In this document: positions 26,031 to 34,458 of the stretch, piece after piece
How the letters are laid out: every line of letters starts with the position of its first letter
Position numbering within the stretch: the first letter of the stretch is position 1
From: Candidatus Saccharimonadales bacterium
GTDB lineage: Bacteria > Chloroflexota > Limnocylindria > P2-11E
DNA length: 64,000 bases
Direction: 5' to 3'
Assembly (NCBI GenBank): GCA_035493615.1
Contig: DATJHW010000085.1
Location: 1,363-65,362, forward strand
Made by a program: the position numbers and the translations under genes
Notes under the pieces: model-generated
Databases searched by the model: none
What the model was told of the DNA's origin: nothing
The model's input: the letters and a program-made list of their open reading frames with translations, nothing else

Positions 26031-26954
26031 ATGCGAGCGGCCGGGATCACAGCACTCGGCGAGCCCGTCGAGATCTTCGAAGTGGACGAGCTTGCGACGC
26101 CTGCCGCAGGCGAGGTCCTCATCGACGTCGTTGCTGCCGGCATGGGCAACTGGGACGAGCTTGTCAGGATCGGCAGCTGGCAGATCGGCGGCCCGGCTCC
26201 GATGGCCCTCGGGACGGAGGCGGCCGGGACGGTCGCAGCGGCAGGCTCCGGCGTTGCCGAGCTGCGCGAGGGCGACGAGGTGATGACACATCCGCTGCCG
26301 CTCCGGCGTCACGGGACGTGGGCGGGGAGAGTGCTCGCACCGGCGGCGACCGTCGCGGCCCGGCCGCCAGAGGCGTCCTGGGAAGCCTGCGGAGCGTTTC
26401 CCATTCCGGCGCTCACTGCGGCTCAGGCACTCGACGAGGCGCTCGGGATCGAGCGCGGCGGCTGGGTCGTCATCAACGGAGCCGGCGGAGTCACGGGTGG
26501 CCTGCTCGTCCAGCTCGCTGCGGCTCGCGGCGCGCGCGTGATCGCGACCGCGAGCGCGAAGAAGGCCGAGCGCATCCGCGACTACGGCGCGTCGGAGGTG
26601 CTCGACCATGAGGGCGACTGGACGGCGCTCGTTCGCGAGATCACCGGCGGCGGTGCGCCGAAGGCCGTCAACGCTGCCCGCGGGCAGGCGGCCACCACGC
26701 TGAAGGCGGTTGCCGGCGGCGGGCGCCTCGCCACGATCTCGGGCGACCCGCCGCGGGAGGAACGGGGTATCGCCGTGTCCGACGTCTACGTCCGGCCCGA
26801 TGGTCGGCAGCTTTCGGCCCTCGCGGAGCTCCTGGCCGACGGCACGCTTCGCGTCCCGATCGCGTCCGTCCGTCCGCTCGATCAGGCGGCACAAGCGCTG
26901 CGCGAGGTGGTCGCGGGAGCGGACGGCGCGATCGTCCTGTCACTCCGAACCTAG
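26031..26954 (+). CDS. NADPH:quinone oxidoreductase / zinc-type alcohol dehydrogenase superfamily (MDR) protein
   Basis: Real start is ATG 26031 (MRAAGITALGEPVEIFEVDELATPAAGEVLIDVVAAG...). Nucleotide-binding VVINGAGGVTGGLLVQLAAARGARVIAT. 307 aa. Confidence 0.8.
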   Translation: MRAAGITALGEPVEIFEVDELATPAAGEVLIDVVAAGMGNWDELVRIGSWQIGGPAPMALGTEAAGTVAAAGSGVAELREGDEVMTHPLPLRRHGTWAGRVLAPAATVAARPPEASWEACGAFPIPALTAAQALDEALGIERGGWVVINGAGGVTGGLLVQLAAARGARVIATASAKKAERIRDYGASEVLDHEGDWTALVREITGGGAPKAVNAARGQAATTLKAVAGGGRLATISGDPPREERGIAVSDVYVRPDGRQLSALAELLADGTLRVPIASVRPLDQAAQALREVVAGADGAIVLSLRT

Positions 26955-26958
26955 CCTC

Positions 26959-27054
26959 GACGGCTTCACGGGTCACGCGGCTGGAACGAGACGGCCCCTT
27001 TACGAGCGCCATTCTGAGGTGTGCGTTACGCGGATCCGATTCCCAACAGCCGCT
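26959..27054 (+). repeat. Direct repeat copy 2 (96 nt); internal 78-nt tRNA-like unit 26977..27054
   Basis: gacggcttcacgggtcacgcggctggaacgagacggcccctttacgagcgccattctgaggtgtgcgttacgcggatccgattcccaacagccgct. Confidence 0.8.
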
Positions 27055-27364
27055 TGCGTGTGATGTGTCGCGACATCGGAGACAACGGCTCGGGACATCG
27101 CAGTCGTCGACGCCGGTGCGTTGACGTCGCGATCGCAAGCTATTCGGTCAGAGGACACCCGGGTTGGCTAACGACAGAAACACGAACAGCGCGATAACGA
27201 GGAGCATCAGGACGATGCCGCCGACGGCCACCGCGATCGACCTGATCACGATCCGGGAGCGGGAGCGGCGGTTCTAGCCATCGTGAATCGCATTAGACGC
27301 CGATCTACGGCGAACGGTCGGTGAAGGGGGCCGCGCAAGTGCGGGGCCGCGCGATCGGTCGAGC

Positions 27365-27517
27365 TCAGGACCACCGCTGCGCGTGATGCTTGCGGCGGGC
27401 GACGGCCTCACGGACCCATCGGTCCTGACGTCGATCGCGCCACCACCACATGCCGAAGAACGCGATCGCGGGCGCTGCGAGGACGGCTGCCCCCAGCGGC
27501 CAGCGATCGATATTCAT
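27365..27517 (-). CDS. Possible small membrane protein (50 aa)
   Basis: ATG 27517 with GAGG 9 nt upstream. MNIDRWPLGAAVLAAPAIAFFGMWWWRDRRQDRWVREAVARRKHHAQRWS (one TM helix plus a basic tail). Short, so tentative. Confidence 0.3.
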   Translation of the reverse strand: MNIDRWPLGAAVLAAPAIAFFGMWWWRDRRQDRWVREAVARRKHHAQRWS

Positions 27518-27837
27518 GCCGCCAAGCCTCGCGACCGAGCCGGGTCGCCGCATCCCCCGATCGGCGGGCCGGATCTGCGGACGACACCGACTTGCTATCC
27601 CGGGAGCGCTCGCGCGGACACCACCGACCGCGGTAAGCACGCGCCGACGGGCCTCCGGCACACTCTGTCGGTGACGACTGAGACGTTCGCCGTCGGACCA
27701 CGGGACGAGATCGACCTCGATGCATCGCAGGCCTGGCGCGCCGCCCACCCGGTCGGACAGGCCGTGCAGCCCGTTCGCCCGTCGCTCGCCCAGGCTCTCC
27801 GAAGACGGCGCCGCTGCCCTCGCGGCGCCGGCCCGGA

Positions 27838-29634
27838 TTGAGCCCGCCCGCCGAGCGAGGCCGGACCCGCACGGTCGTGGTCTGGCTGATCGCATTCAAG
27901 GTCATGGTCCTCGTGCTGTTCTTCGATCCGGCGGGCAGCGTCGCGTTCGACCTCCCGAAGTCCCTCGCCAGCCGCGCGATCGAATGGGTCGAGGCGGGTC
28001 TTCTGCTGTGGCTGCTCCTCACGTATGGCCGGGCCGCTGTCCCCCATACGCGGCTGCACGCCGCCGTCGCGGGCGTCGGGCTGGTGACCGCGGTCGCCGC
28101 GCTCTTCGCGGCTGTGCCGTTCAGCGCGGTGTTCGGGGAGCAGGACCGCTATCTCGGCTTGACGTTCCTCCTTGACATGATCCTGCTGTATCTCGCGGTC
28201 GCCGTCGCCGTGCGGACCGAGCGGGACGTTGAGATCCTGCTCGGCGCGATCGTCGTGGCCGGAGTCGTCGCCGGGGGTTACGCGATCATGCAAACGCTCG
28301 GCCTCGATCCGTTCGCATGGGCAGCCGACGCGAGGGGTCGCCCGTTCGCGACCTTCGGGAACCCTGACCAGTTCGGCCACTTCATCAGCGTGCTGTTCGG
28401 CGTGCTGGTCGGAGCGGCGGTCGGCGCGACCCGTCGGGGCCGCCGCGCCGTCGCCGCGGTGAGCGCCGCCGGCACGCTCGGCCTTGCGGCCATCGTCGCG
28501 ACGCGCGGGACGCTCGTCGGCATCGCGGCCGCTGTCGCGTCCATCGTCACCGCACGGCGGCCGGCTCGGCGCGCCGCGCTTGCCGGGCTCGGCCTCTCGG
28601 TGCTCGTCGTCGCTGCGTTGCTCGTGACTCCCCTCGGCCAGCGTGCTGTCGCGACCGTGGACAGCGGCGTGCTTCCGGATCGCATCCCGCTCTGGGCGAT
28701 CGCCGCCCGAGCGACCCTGGCCAGGCCCCTTCTCGGCTACGGTCCCGACAACTTTCGCGCGGCGTTCGTCGGGAATCGCACCGCCGACAGCCTCGCGATC
28801 CTCGGCGCCGGACCGCAGACGTCGGCTCATGACTGGGTGCTGGATGGCTCGGTCATGACCGGTCTGCTCGGCCTCGCCGCCCTGCTTGCGATGATCGGCT
28901 TCGGCACGCTCGAGCTCCTGCGGCTCGCACGCATCCGCCCGGCGGTCGGGATCGCCCTGCTCGGGGGCTGGTCGGCGTACTGGGCGAATGGACTCGTCGA
29001 CGTGGGTTCCGTCGCCGTCGGCTGGTACCCCTGGCTCGCACTCGGGGTCGTGGCGGCGCTCCGTGGCCGCCGGTTCGATGCCGCGGCGCGGCCCCTGTCG
29101 CGCTGGCTGGGTGCGGCGATCGCGATCGTCGCCGCCGTCGGGATCGTCACGGGCGCGCGGGCGTTCATCGCGAACGAAGAGGTGTGGGCCTCGGCGCAGG
29201 CGAGCCACTTCGGCGACGCGCAGGCAGCCGTGAGCCTCGCCGATCGCGCTGCCGCTCGTGACGGAGGGCGGGCCGATCATTGGAACCGCCTGGGTCTCGC
29301 GCTCGAATCGCAGGGTCGCCTGACCGAAGCCGCCGCGGCCTACCGGAGCGCCGCATCGCGCCAGCCGTACGAACCGGTGTACTGGGCGAACCTCGCCCGC
29401 GCGCTCGCCCGCGGCGCTCCGGCGGGGGGCGTCAGCGCCGCCCGGAGCGACGCGATGGCCGCGGCCCGGCAGGCGATCCTGGTCGACCCCCACACGCCGT
29501 TCGGGCACCTGGTCCTCGCCGAGATCGCCACCCAGTTCGGGGAATGTGACCTGGCCCGGAGCGAGGCGGCCGAGGCCGCCGCGCTCCAGTCGGGACTCGA
29601 CGACGCCGTCGCTCGCGCGGGCGCCTGCCGTTAG
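27838..29634 (+). CDS. O-antigen ligase-like (Wzy_C) polytopic membrane protein with C-terminal TPR region
   Basis: 598 aa. Multiple TM helices, ATFGNPDQFGHF and GYGPDNF motifs, and a C-terminal TPR-like tail (WNRLGLALESQGRLTEAAAAYRSAASRQPYEPVYWANLARAL). TTG start is uncertain. Confidence 0.75.
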   Translation: MSPPAERGRTRTVVVWLIAFKVMVLVLFFDPAGSVAFDLPKSLASRAIEWVEAGLLLWLLLTYGRAAVPHTRLHAAVAGVGLVTAVAALFAAVPFSAVFGEQDRYLGLTFLLDMILLYLAVAVAVRTERDVEILLGAIVVAGVVAGGYAIMQTLGLDPFAWAADARGRPFATFGNPDQFGHFISVLFGVLVGAAVGATRRGRRAVAAVSAAGTLGLAAIVATRGTLVGIAAAVASIVTARRPARRAALAGLGLSVLVVAALLVTPLGQRAVATVDSGVLPDRIPLWAIAARATLARPLLGYGPDNFRAAFVGNRTADSLAILGAGPQTSAHDWVLDGSVMTGLLGLAALLAMIGFGTLELLRLARIRPAVGIALLGGWSAYWANGLVDVGSVAVGWYPWLALGVVAALRGRRFDAAARPLSRWLGAAIAIVAAVGIVTGARAFIANEEVWASAQASHFGDAQAAVSLADRAAARDGGRADHWNRLGLALESQGRLTEAAAAYRSAASRQPYEPVYWANLARALARGAPAGGVSAARSDAMAAARQAILVDPHTPFGHLVLAEIATQFGECDLARSEAAEAAALQSGLDDAVARAGACR

Positions 29635-29699
29635 ATGGCAAAGGACCGGGGCGCCTCGCGCCCCGGTCCTCTAGATCCTGTCGCGCTGTGCCCGTGCCG

Positions 29700-30131
29700 C
29701 TACTGCGTCGCCTTCGCGCAGCCTGGGGGCGGTGTCGCACCCGGACGGCCGGGCGGCCCGGTGTGCACGTGGTTCGTGTCCCCACAGCCCCAGCCGGGCT
29801 TGGTGCCGGTGGTTCCGGCCTGGTTGGTCTCCTGCCCTGAAGAGACCGTGGTCGTCGTTTCGGTGTTCGTCTCGGTATCGGTGGTCGTCTGCTCGGATCG
29901 AGACTTCCCGTTCGACGCGATCGTCGACGGGTTCGAGCCGCCGGTCAGGGCGCCGAGCACCGCGCTCGCCACCGCGCTCGCCTGGTCGGGCAAGCTCGGA
30001 GCCGCGCCAAGCGCCGCGGGGGTCGTCGCATCCTGGTTCGAGTCGGCCGAATCGGCGCCAAGCGCCGCGGAGCCCAGTGCGAGCACGACCGCACCGCTGA
30101 CCAGATACGTCCACAGCTTCGGTTTGGCCAC
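29700..30131 (-). CDS. Secreted Thr/Ser-rich small protein with Cys-containing C-terminal motif
   Basis: Signal-peptide-like MAKPKLWTYLVSGAVVLALGSAALGA. TTTDTETNTETTTT low-complexity run. C-terminal KPGWGCGDTNHVHTGPPGRPGATPPPGCAK. Confidence 0.6.
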   Translation of the reverse strand: MAKPKLWTYLVSGAVVLALGSAALGADSADSNQDATTPAALGAAPSLPDQASAVASAVLGALTGGSNPSTIASNGKSRSEQTTTDTETNTETTTTVSSGQETNQAGTTGTKPGWGCGDTNHVHTGPPGRPGATPPPGCAKATQ

Positions 30132-30443
30132 TGACTACCTCCAAATGTGATGTACCCGGCTGGCTTTCATGCGGCCAGGCTCGAGCCGGGCGCCCGCTAT
30201 CACTTCGCTCAACGCCGCGCCGCACGGAGCGTTAGGGCCATTTGCGTCATGCGGAAACCGACTGGCGGTCGGCTTCCCCGAAGGGCCGCGCTCATTGCGA
30301 CCGGGCGGCAGGGCACTCGTGCGACCGGCCCACGCCGCTCGGCACGCGCTCGGTCGACGGCGAGCTCGTCGCCGGCCGTGCAGGTCTGCTGCACGACGAC
30401 CTACTTCGTCCCGGCGTAGACCCCGCTCGGTAGCATCCCGCGC

Positions 30444-31358
30444 GTGACCCGCACGTGGACCGTCGTCGCCGTCTACGCGACGCTGTCGCTCGCGCTCGGC
30501 GGGCAGTGGATCGCCGCCAAGCTCGGCGTCGGCGCCGTCCCTGCGCTCGAGCTCTCGACCATGCGGTTCGCGATCGCGAGCGTCGTGTTGCTCGTGGCCT
30601 GCGCGGCCACCCGGACGGCCCTCCCGTTCCGCAGCTGGCGGCCGATCATCGCCGCGGCCGCGTGCGGCGTCCTCGCGTTCAACACCCTGGCGTTCGTCGG
30701 TCTGAGCGACACGCCCGCGACCGACAGCGCCCTCATCATCCCGACCACCATCCCGCTGGCGACCGCGCTCTTCGCCACGCTGATCCGCGAGCCGATCACG
30801 CGGGTCAAGGTGCTCGGGTTCGCGGTCGCCAGCATCGGTGCGGCGCTCGTCATCATCGGCGGGCAGCAGGCGGCGGGAGCCGATGCGTCATCCGTGCGCC
30901 TGCGCGGCGACCTCATGGAGCTCGGCGCGGCGGTGGGCTGGGCGGCCAGTCTCACGATCGGCGCGGTCGTCCTCCGCACGGAGAGCGTGCTCGGGTACGT
31001 CACCATGATGGTCGTCATGGGGACCGCGCTCATCGCGCCGCTCGGGCTGCTCGCGCAGGGGTATCGCGACGTGCCTTCGTGGCCTCGGGAGACGTGGATC
31101 GCCGCGGCGACTTTGGGGATCGTCTCCACGGCCCTCGCGTTCGTCCTGTTCTTCTGGGCGGTGCATCGGTTCGGCGCGAGCCTCGCGGCGATGGTCGCCT
31201 ACCTGACCCCCGTCTCGAGCCTGATCCTCGCGTTCGTCATCCTGGCCGAGCGCCCGCTCCCGCTGCAGCTGGCGGGTGGCGCCGTGATCGTGCTCGGCGT
31301 GCGCATCGCCGCGCGACGGCCGGCCGCGCCCGTGCGGCGCGCGTCGGCGGCCGCCTGA
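30444..31358 (+). CDS. DMT superfamily transporter (EamA family)
   Basis: 304 aa. Ten hydrophobic helices in two EamA-like halves. GTG start. Confidence 0.85.
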   Translation: MTRTWTVVAVYATLSLALGGQWIAAKLGVGAVPALELSTMRFAIASVVLLVACAATRTALPFRSWRPIIAAAACGVLAFNTLAFVGLSDTPATDSALIIPTTIPLATALFATLIREPITRVKVLGFAVASIGAALVIIGGQQAAGADASSVRLRGDLMELGAAVGWAASLTIGAVVLRTESVLGYVTMMVVMGTALIAPLGLLAQGYRDVPSWPRETWIAAATLGIVSTALAFVLFFWAVHRFGASLAAMVAYLTPVSSLILAFVILAERPLPLQLAGGAVIVLGVRIAARRPAAPVRRASAAA

Positions 31359-31371
31359 GGGACCGGACCGC

Positions 31372-31653
31372 TCAGCGGCGCGTGCGAGCCGGGACCGCCG
31401 GAGCCCGGAGCTCCGCCGGCGCGATCGGGATCAACACGCGGACCGGCGGCGCCGGTGCGGGCGCCGTCGTGACGACCGGTGCCAGGAGTACAGGTGCGGC
31501 GACCGGCGCGGGCGGCAGACGCATTGAAGCCGGCAGGTGGGTGAACAGGACCGCCCCGACGACGAGACTCCCGACGGTCCACCCGAGGTAGAACGGCCAG
31601 CGCCGCTCGGGCGCCGGTGCCGGGTCGAGATCGGTGAGCGAGCCGGAGGTCAT
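31372..31653 (-). CDS. Hypothetical single-pass membrane protein with Pro/Ala-rich tail
   Basis: ATG 31653. MTSGSLTDLDPAPAPERRWPFYLGWTVGSLVVGAVLFTHLP...PAPAPPVRV. It lies directly downstream of nuoN. Confidence 0.4.
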   Translation of the reverse strand: MTSGSLTDLDPAPAPERRWPFYLGWTVGSLVVGAVLFTHLPASMRLPPAPVAAPVLLAPVVTTAPAPAPPVRVLIPIAPAELRAPAVPARTRR

Positions 31654-31726
31654 CGCCCTGGGTAACGGCCGCCACGGGAGCCCGTCACGTCCGCTGTACA
31701 GCGGGCGGCGGTGTCCGGTTCCACGC

Positions 31727-33055
31727 CTAGAAGCGCACCGACTGCGCCGTGTCCAGCAGGGCCCCCGGAGCGAGGCCGGCGGCCAGTACGGCGATCGCGA
31801 TGACCAGCGCGACGGCCGTTCCCGCGCGCATCCGCGGCGGCGCGACCGCGTCGAGGCGCGGCGGGGCGAAGCATGCGAGCACGATCCGCGCGCACGCCAT
31901 GGCACTCGCGACGCTCGCCAGCGCGCCGAGAACGACGAGCCAGAGCAGCTGCGCGCGGATCGCCGCCTCGAAGACGTAGACCTTCGCGAGAAAGCCGACG
32001 GTCGGCGGAACGCCGACGAGCCCGAGCGCGACGAGCGCGAGCGCCAACACGGCCAGCGGCCGCCGCCGCGCGAGCCCGGCCAGATCGTCGAGCACCGGCG
32101 AGCGTTGCGGCAGGATCGCGATCGCGGCGAAGAGGCCGAGCGCCTGCGCGCTGTAGGTGGCGAGCGCGAATGCGGCCGCCGGCAGCGCGGCGCTCGCGGC
32201 CGCGACGGCCACGAAGCCGAGCTGCGAGATCGTGGCGTACCCCGCTAGCCGGCGCACGCGGTGCTCCGCGATCGAGGCGACAGCGGGTACGGCGAGCGCG
32301 AACGCCGCGAGCGACGCGAGCGAGACCTGCCAATCGACTCCGACCTCGCCGGTCGCGGTGGCCGCGACGAGCCGCAGCAGCGCGCCGATGACCGCGACGT
32401 TGATCACGACCGACCATCGGTGTCCCGGCGCGATCGCGACGTGCGACACCAGACCGGCGAGCGTGAGCCCCAGCCCCGCGAGGTACAGCGGGTTGTGGGT
32501 CGCCCGGCCGAGACCGGCGTACCCCGTCTCGCCCGTGGCCGCGTAGAGGAGCGCGATGCCGTAGAGCGCGACGGCCGAGCTCGTTGCCCCGAGGAGGAAG
32601 TGCCGCAGCACGCCCTCGTCCCGCGCCGGCGCCGAGCGGCCGGTGAGCACGTAGAGCGGGATCGCGAGCAGCGCGAGCCCGACGAACAGGACCACGAGGT
32701 CCACCGCTGACACGACGACGACCGCACCGCACGCGGCGAACAGGGCGAGCGCGGGCTCGTCCTTCGACCGCGCCATGCGTCGCGGCTCGGCGGCGGCGAG
32801 CACGCAGGACACCGCGGTGACGATCCCGATGAGTACGACGAAGAAGACGCTCGCGCCATCGCGCGTGAGGCTCGGCGATCCGCCGCCGGTCCCGTTCGCG
32901 AGCGCGACCCCGGCGACCGCGACGCTCTCGAGCGCACCGATCCAGGCGAGGGTGCGCGGGCCGGACTGCCGGGGGATCGCGAGGACCGCGGTGAGCGCCG
33001 CACCCGCGGCCAGGACCAGTGCCGGAGCGATCGCGCTCAGCTCGGCGGCGCTCAT
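31727..33055 (-). CDS. nuoN: NADH-quinone oxidoreductase subunit N-like antiporter subunit
   Basis: Real start is ATG 33055 (MSAAELSAIAPALVLAAG...), 442 aa. Proton-antiporter-type membrane protein. The start overlaps the nuoM stop. Confidence 0.8.
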   Translation of the reverse strand: MSAAELSAIAPALVLAAGAALTAVLAIPRQSGPRTLAWIGALESVAVAGVALANGTGGGSPSLTRDGASVFFVVLIGIVTAVSCVLAAAEPRRMARSKDEPALALFAACGAVVVVSAVDLVVLFVGLALLAIPLYVLTGRSAPARDEGVLRHFLLGATSSAVALYGIALLYAATGETGYAGLGRATHNPLYLAGLGLTLAGLVSHVAIAPGHRWSVVINVAVIGALLRLVAATATGEVGVDWQVSLASLAAFALAVPAVASIAEHRVRRLAGYATISQLGFVAVAAASAALPAAAFALATYSAQALGLFAAIAILPQRSPVLDDLAGLARRRPLAVLALALVALGLVGVPPTVGFLAKVYVFEAAIRAQLLWLVVLGALASVASAMACARIVLACFAPPRLDAVAPPRMRAGTAVALVIAIAVLAAGLAPGALLDTAQSVRF

Positions 33056-34458
33056 CGCCGCAGCTGGGTCAGCGCAGGGCCCGTCCGATCGGCAAGATCG
33101 CCGATGGCGCGCGGTACCAGGCCGACCAGGACGACGAGCGCGAGCAGAACGATGACCAGCCCGCGCTCGCGCCATCGGAGATCCCATCCCCGCGCCGTCG
33201 GCAGGCCGAAGAACACTGCGCGCAGCATGCCGGCCCCACCGGCGGCGATGACGACCGGGACGAGCGACGCGAGCAGACCGATGCCCGGTGACACCGCGAA
33301 GGCCGCGGCGAGGATCGACAGCTGGCCCGGCGCGCCGCTCGTACCCGGCAGACCGATCGATCCCAGGACGGCGAGAACGAACAGCGCCATCAGCACCGGA
33401 GCCTGCGCCGCGAGGCCGCCCGGGCCGAAGCCGAACGCGCCGATGCGCCGGGCGAGTGCGACGGCGAGCAGCATGAGGATCGCGATGACGAGCCCGTGCG
33501 AGATGCTCGCGAGCAGTGCGCCGATGAGCGCTCCGGGGGTCGCGAGGAAGATGCCGACGGCGATGACGTCGATCAGGGCGAGGCTGACGTAGGCGATGAA
33601 CCGGCGGGTGTCGCGTTGGCGGGTCGCGAGGATCGCGCCGTACAGCCCTCCCACGGTCGCGAGCGCGAGGAGATACGGCTGCAGATCGGCCATCCCGCGC
33701 GGAAAGAGCGGAAGGCAGATCCGCGCGATCGCGTAGACGGCGGTCTTCGAGATGACGCCCGCGAGCACGATCGCCACCGGTGCCGGCGCCGCGACATGGA
33801 CGCGCGCGAGCCAGCCGTGGAACGGGAAGAGCGGCAGCCGCATCGCGAAGGCGGCAAGGAACAGCAGCGCGAGGAGGATCTGGCTCGTCTCGGCCAGGCG
33901 GTAACCGCCGAGCGCGGCGAACGAGAACGTGTGCGCTCCGACCCCGAGCGCCAGGATCCCGGTCAGCAGGAGCGCGCTGCCGGTCAGCCACATGACCGCG
34001 AGCCGCCGCGTAGCCGCGCGGCGGTCAGCGCCGCCCCAGCCCCAGAGCAGGAGTACGAGCGGCACGAGCACCGCTTCATGAGACGCGAAGAACAGGAGCA
34101 GGTCGCGCGACACGAACACGCCGGCGACCGCCATCTGCAGGAGCGACCAGAGCGCGAAGTACGCCCGCGGGCGCGGAACGGCGCCGGACGCGGCGGCACC
34201 CGCGGCGAACAGCGCGCCGCTCAACATCAGCATGACCGCGGACCAGCCGTCCCAGCCGACCGCGAGCTCGGCGCCGAGCGGGGCGGCCCAGTAGTACAGC
34301 TCGACCGGCCCCCCGCCGACCCCGAACCAGACCGCGGCGGCCGCCGCCGCCGCGGTCAGCACGCCGGAGAGCACGGCGAGGGCACGCGCGAAGCCGCCGG
34401 TGGGCAGCGCGCACGCGGCTGTGACGACGAGCGGGATGAGCAGGACCGCGAGGACCAT
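33052..34458 (-). CDS. nuoM: NADH-quinone oxidoreductase subunit M-like antiporter subunit
   Basis: Real start is ATG 34458 (MVLAVLLIPLVV...), 468 aa. LPLFPFHGWLARVHVAAPAPVAIVLAGVISK motif. TGATG overlap with nuoL. Confidence 0.85.
   Translation of the reverse strand: MVLAVLLIPLVVTAACALPTGGFARALAVLSGVLTAAAAAAAVWFGVGGGPVELYYWAAPLGAELAVGWDGWSAVMLMLSGALFAAGAAASGAVPRPRAYFALWSLLQMAVAGVFVSRDLLLFFASHEAVLVPLVLLLWGWGGADRRAATRRLAVMWLTGSALLLTGILALGVGAHTFSFAALGGYRLAETSQILLALLFLAAFAMRLPLFPFHGWLARVHVAAPAPVAIVLAGVISKTAVYAIARICLPLFPRGMADLQPYLLALATVGGLYGAILATRQRDTRRFIAYVSLALIDVIAVGIFLATPGALIGALLASISHGLVIAILMLLAVALARRIGAFGFGPGGLAAQAPVLMALFVLAVLGSIGLPGTSGAPGQLSILAAAFAVSPGIGLLASLVPVVIAAGGAGMLRAVFFGLPTARGWDLRWRERGLVIVLLALVVLVGLVPRAIGDLADRTGPALTQLRR

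Larger units (their letters stand above)
24615..27054. mobile_element. Probable degraded integrative-element remnants (two tandem segments) downstream of tRNA-Arg
   Basis: Copies of the tRNA 3-prime end recur at 25883..25905 (22/23 identical) and, more decayed, at 27032..27054. Each is embedded in a 96-nt direct repeat. The enclosed DNA is visibly less GC-rich in places and carries small orphan ORFs, a coding-like remnant reading into the tRNA (24579..24803, minus) and one oxidoreductase. No integrase is present. Confidence 0.35.

Noticed and set aside
24615-27054. An intact prophage, ICE or genomic island with mobility genes.
   Set aside because: No integrase, excisionase, transposase, or phage or conjugation gene can be read in any frame. 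Only repeat scars and small cargo remain, so I call it a degraded remnant at low confidence.
27090-27200. About 33-codon minus-strand ORF encoding a single hydrophobic helix (..IAVAVGGIVLMLLVIALFVFLSLANPGVL) in the lower-GC spacer after repeat copy 2.
   Set aside because: It is too short, has no clear ribosome-binding site, and would use a GTG start only. I could not distinguish it from chance.
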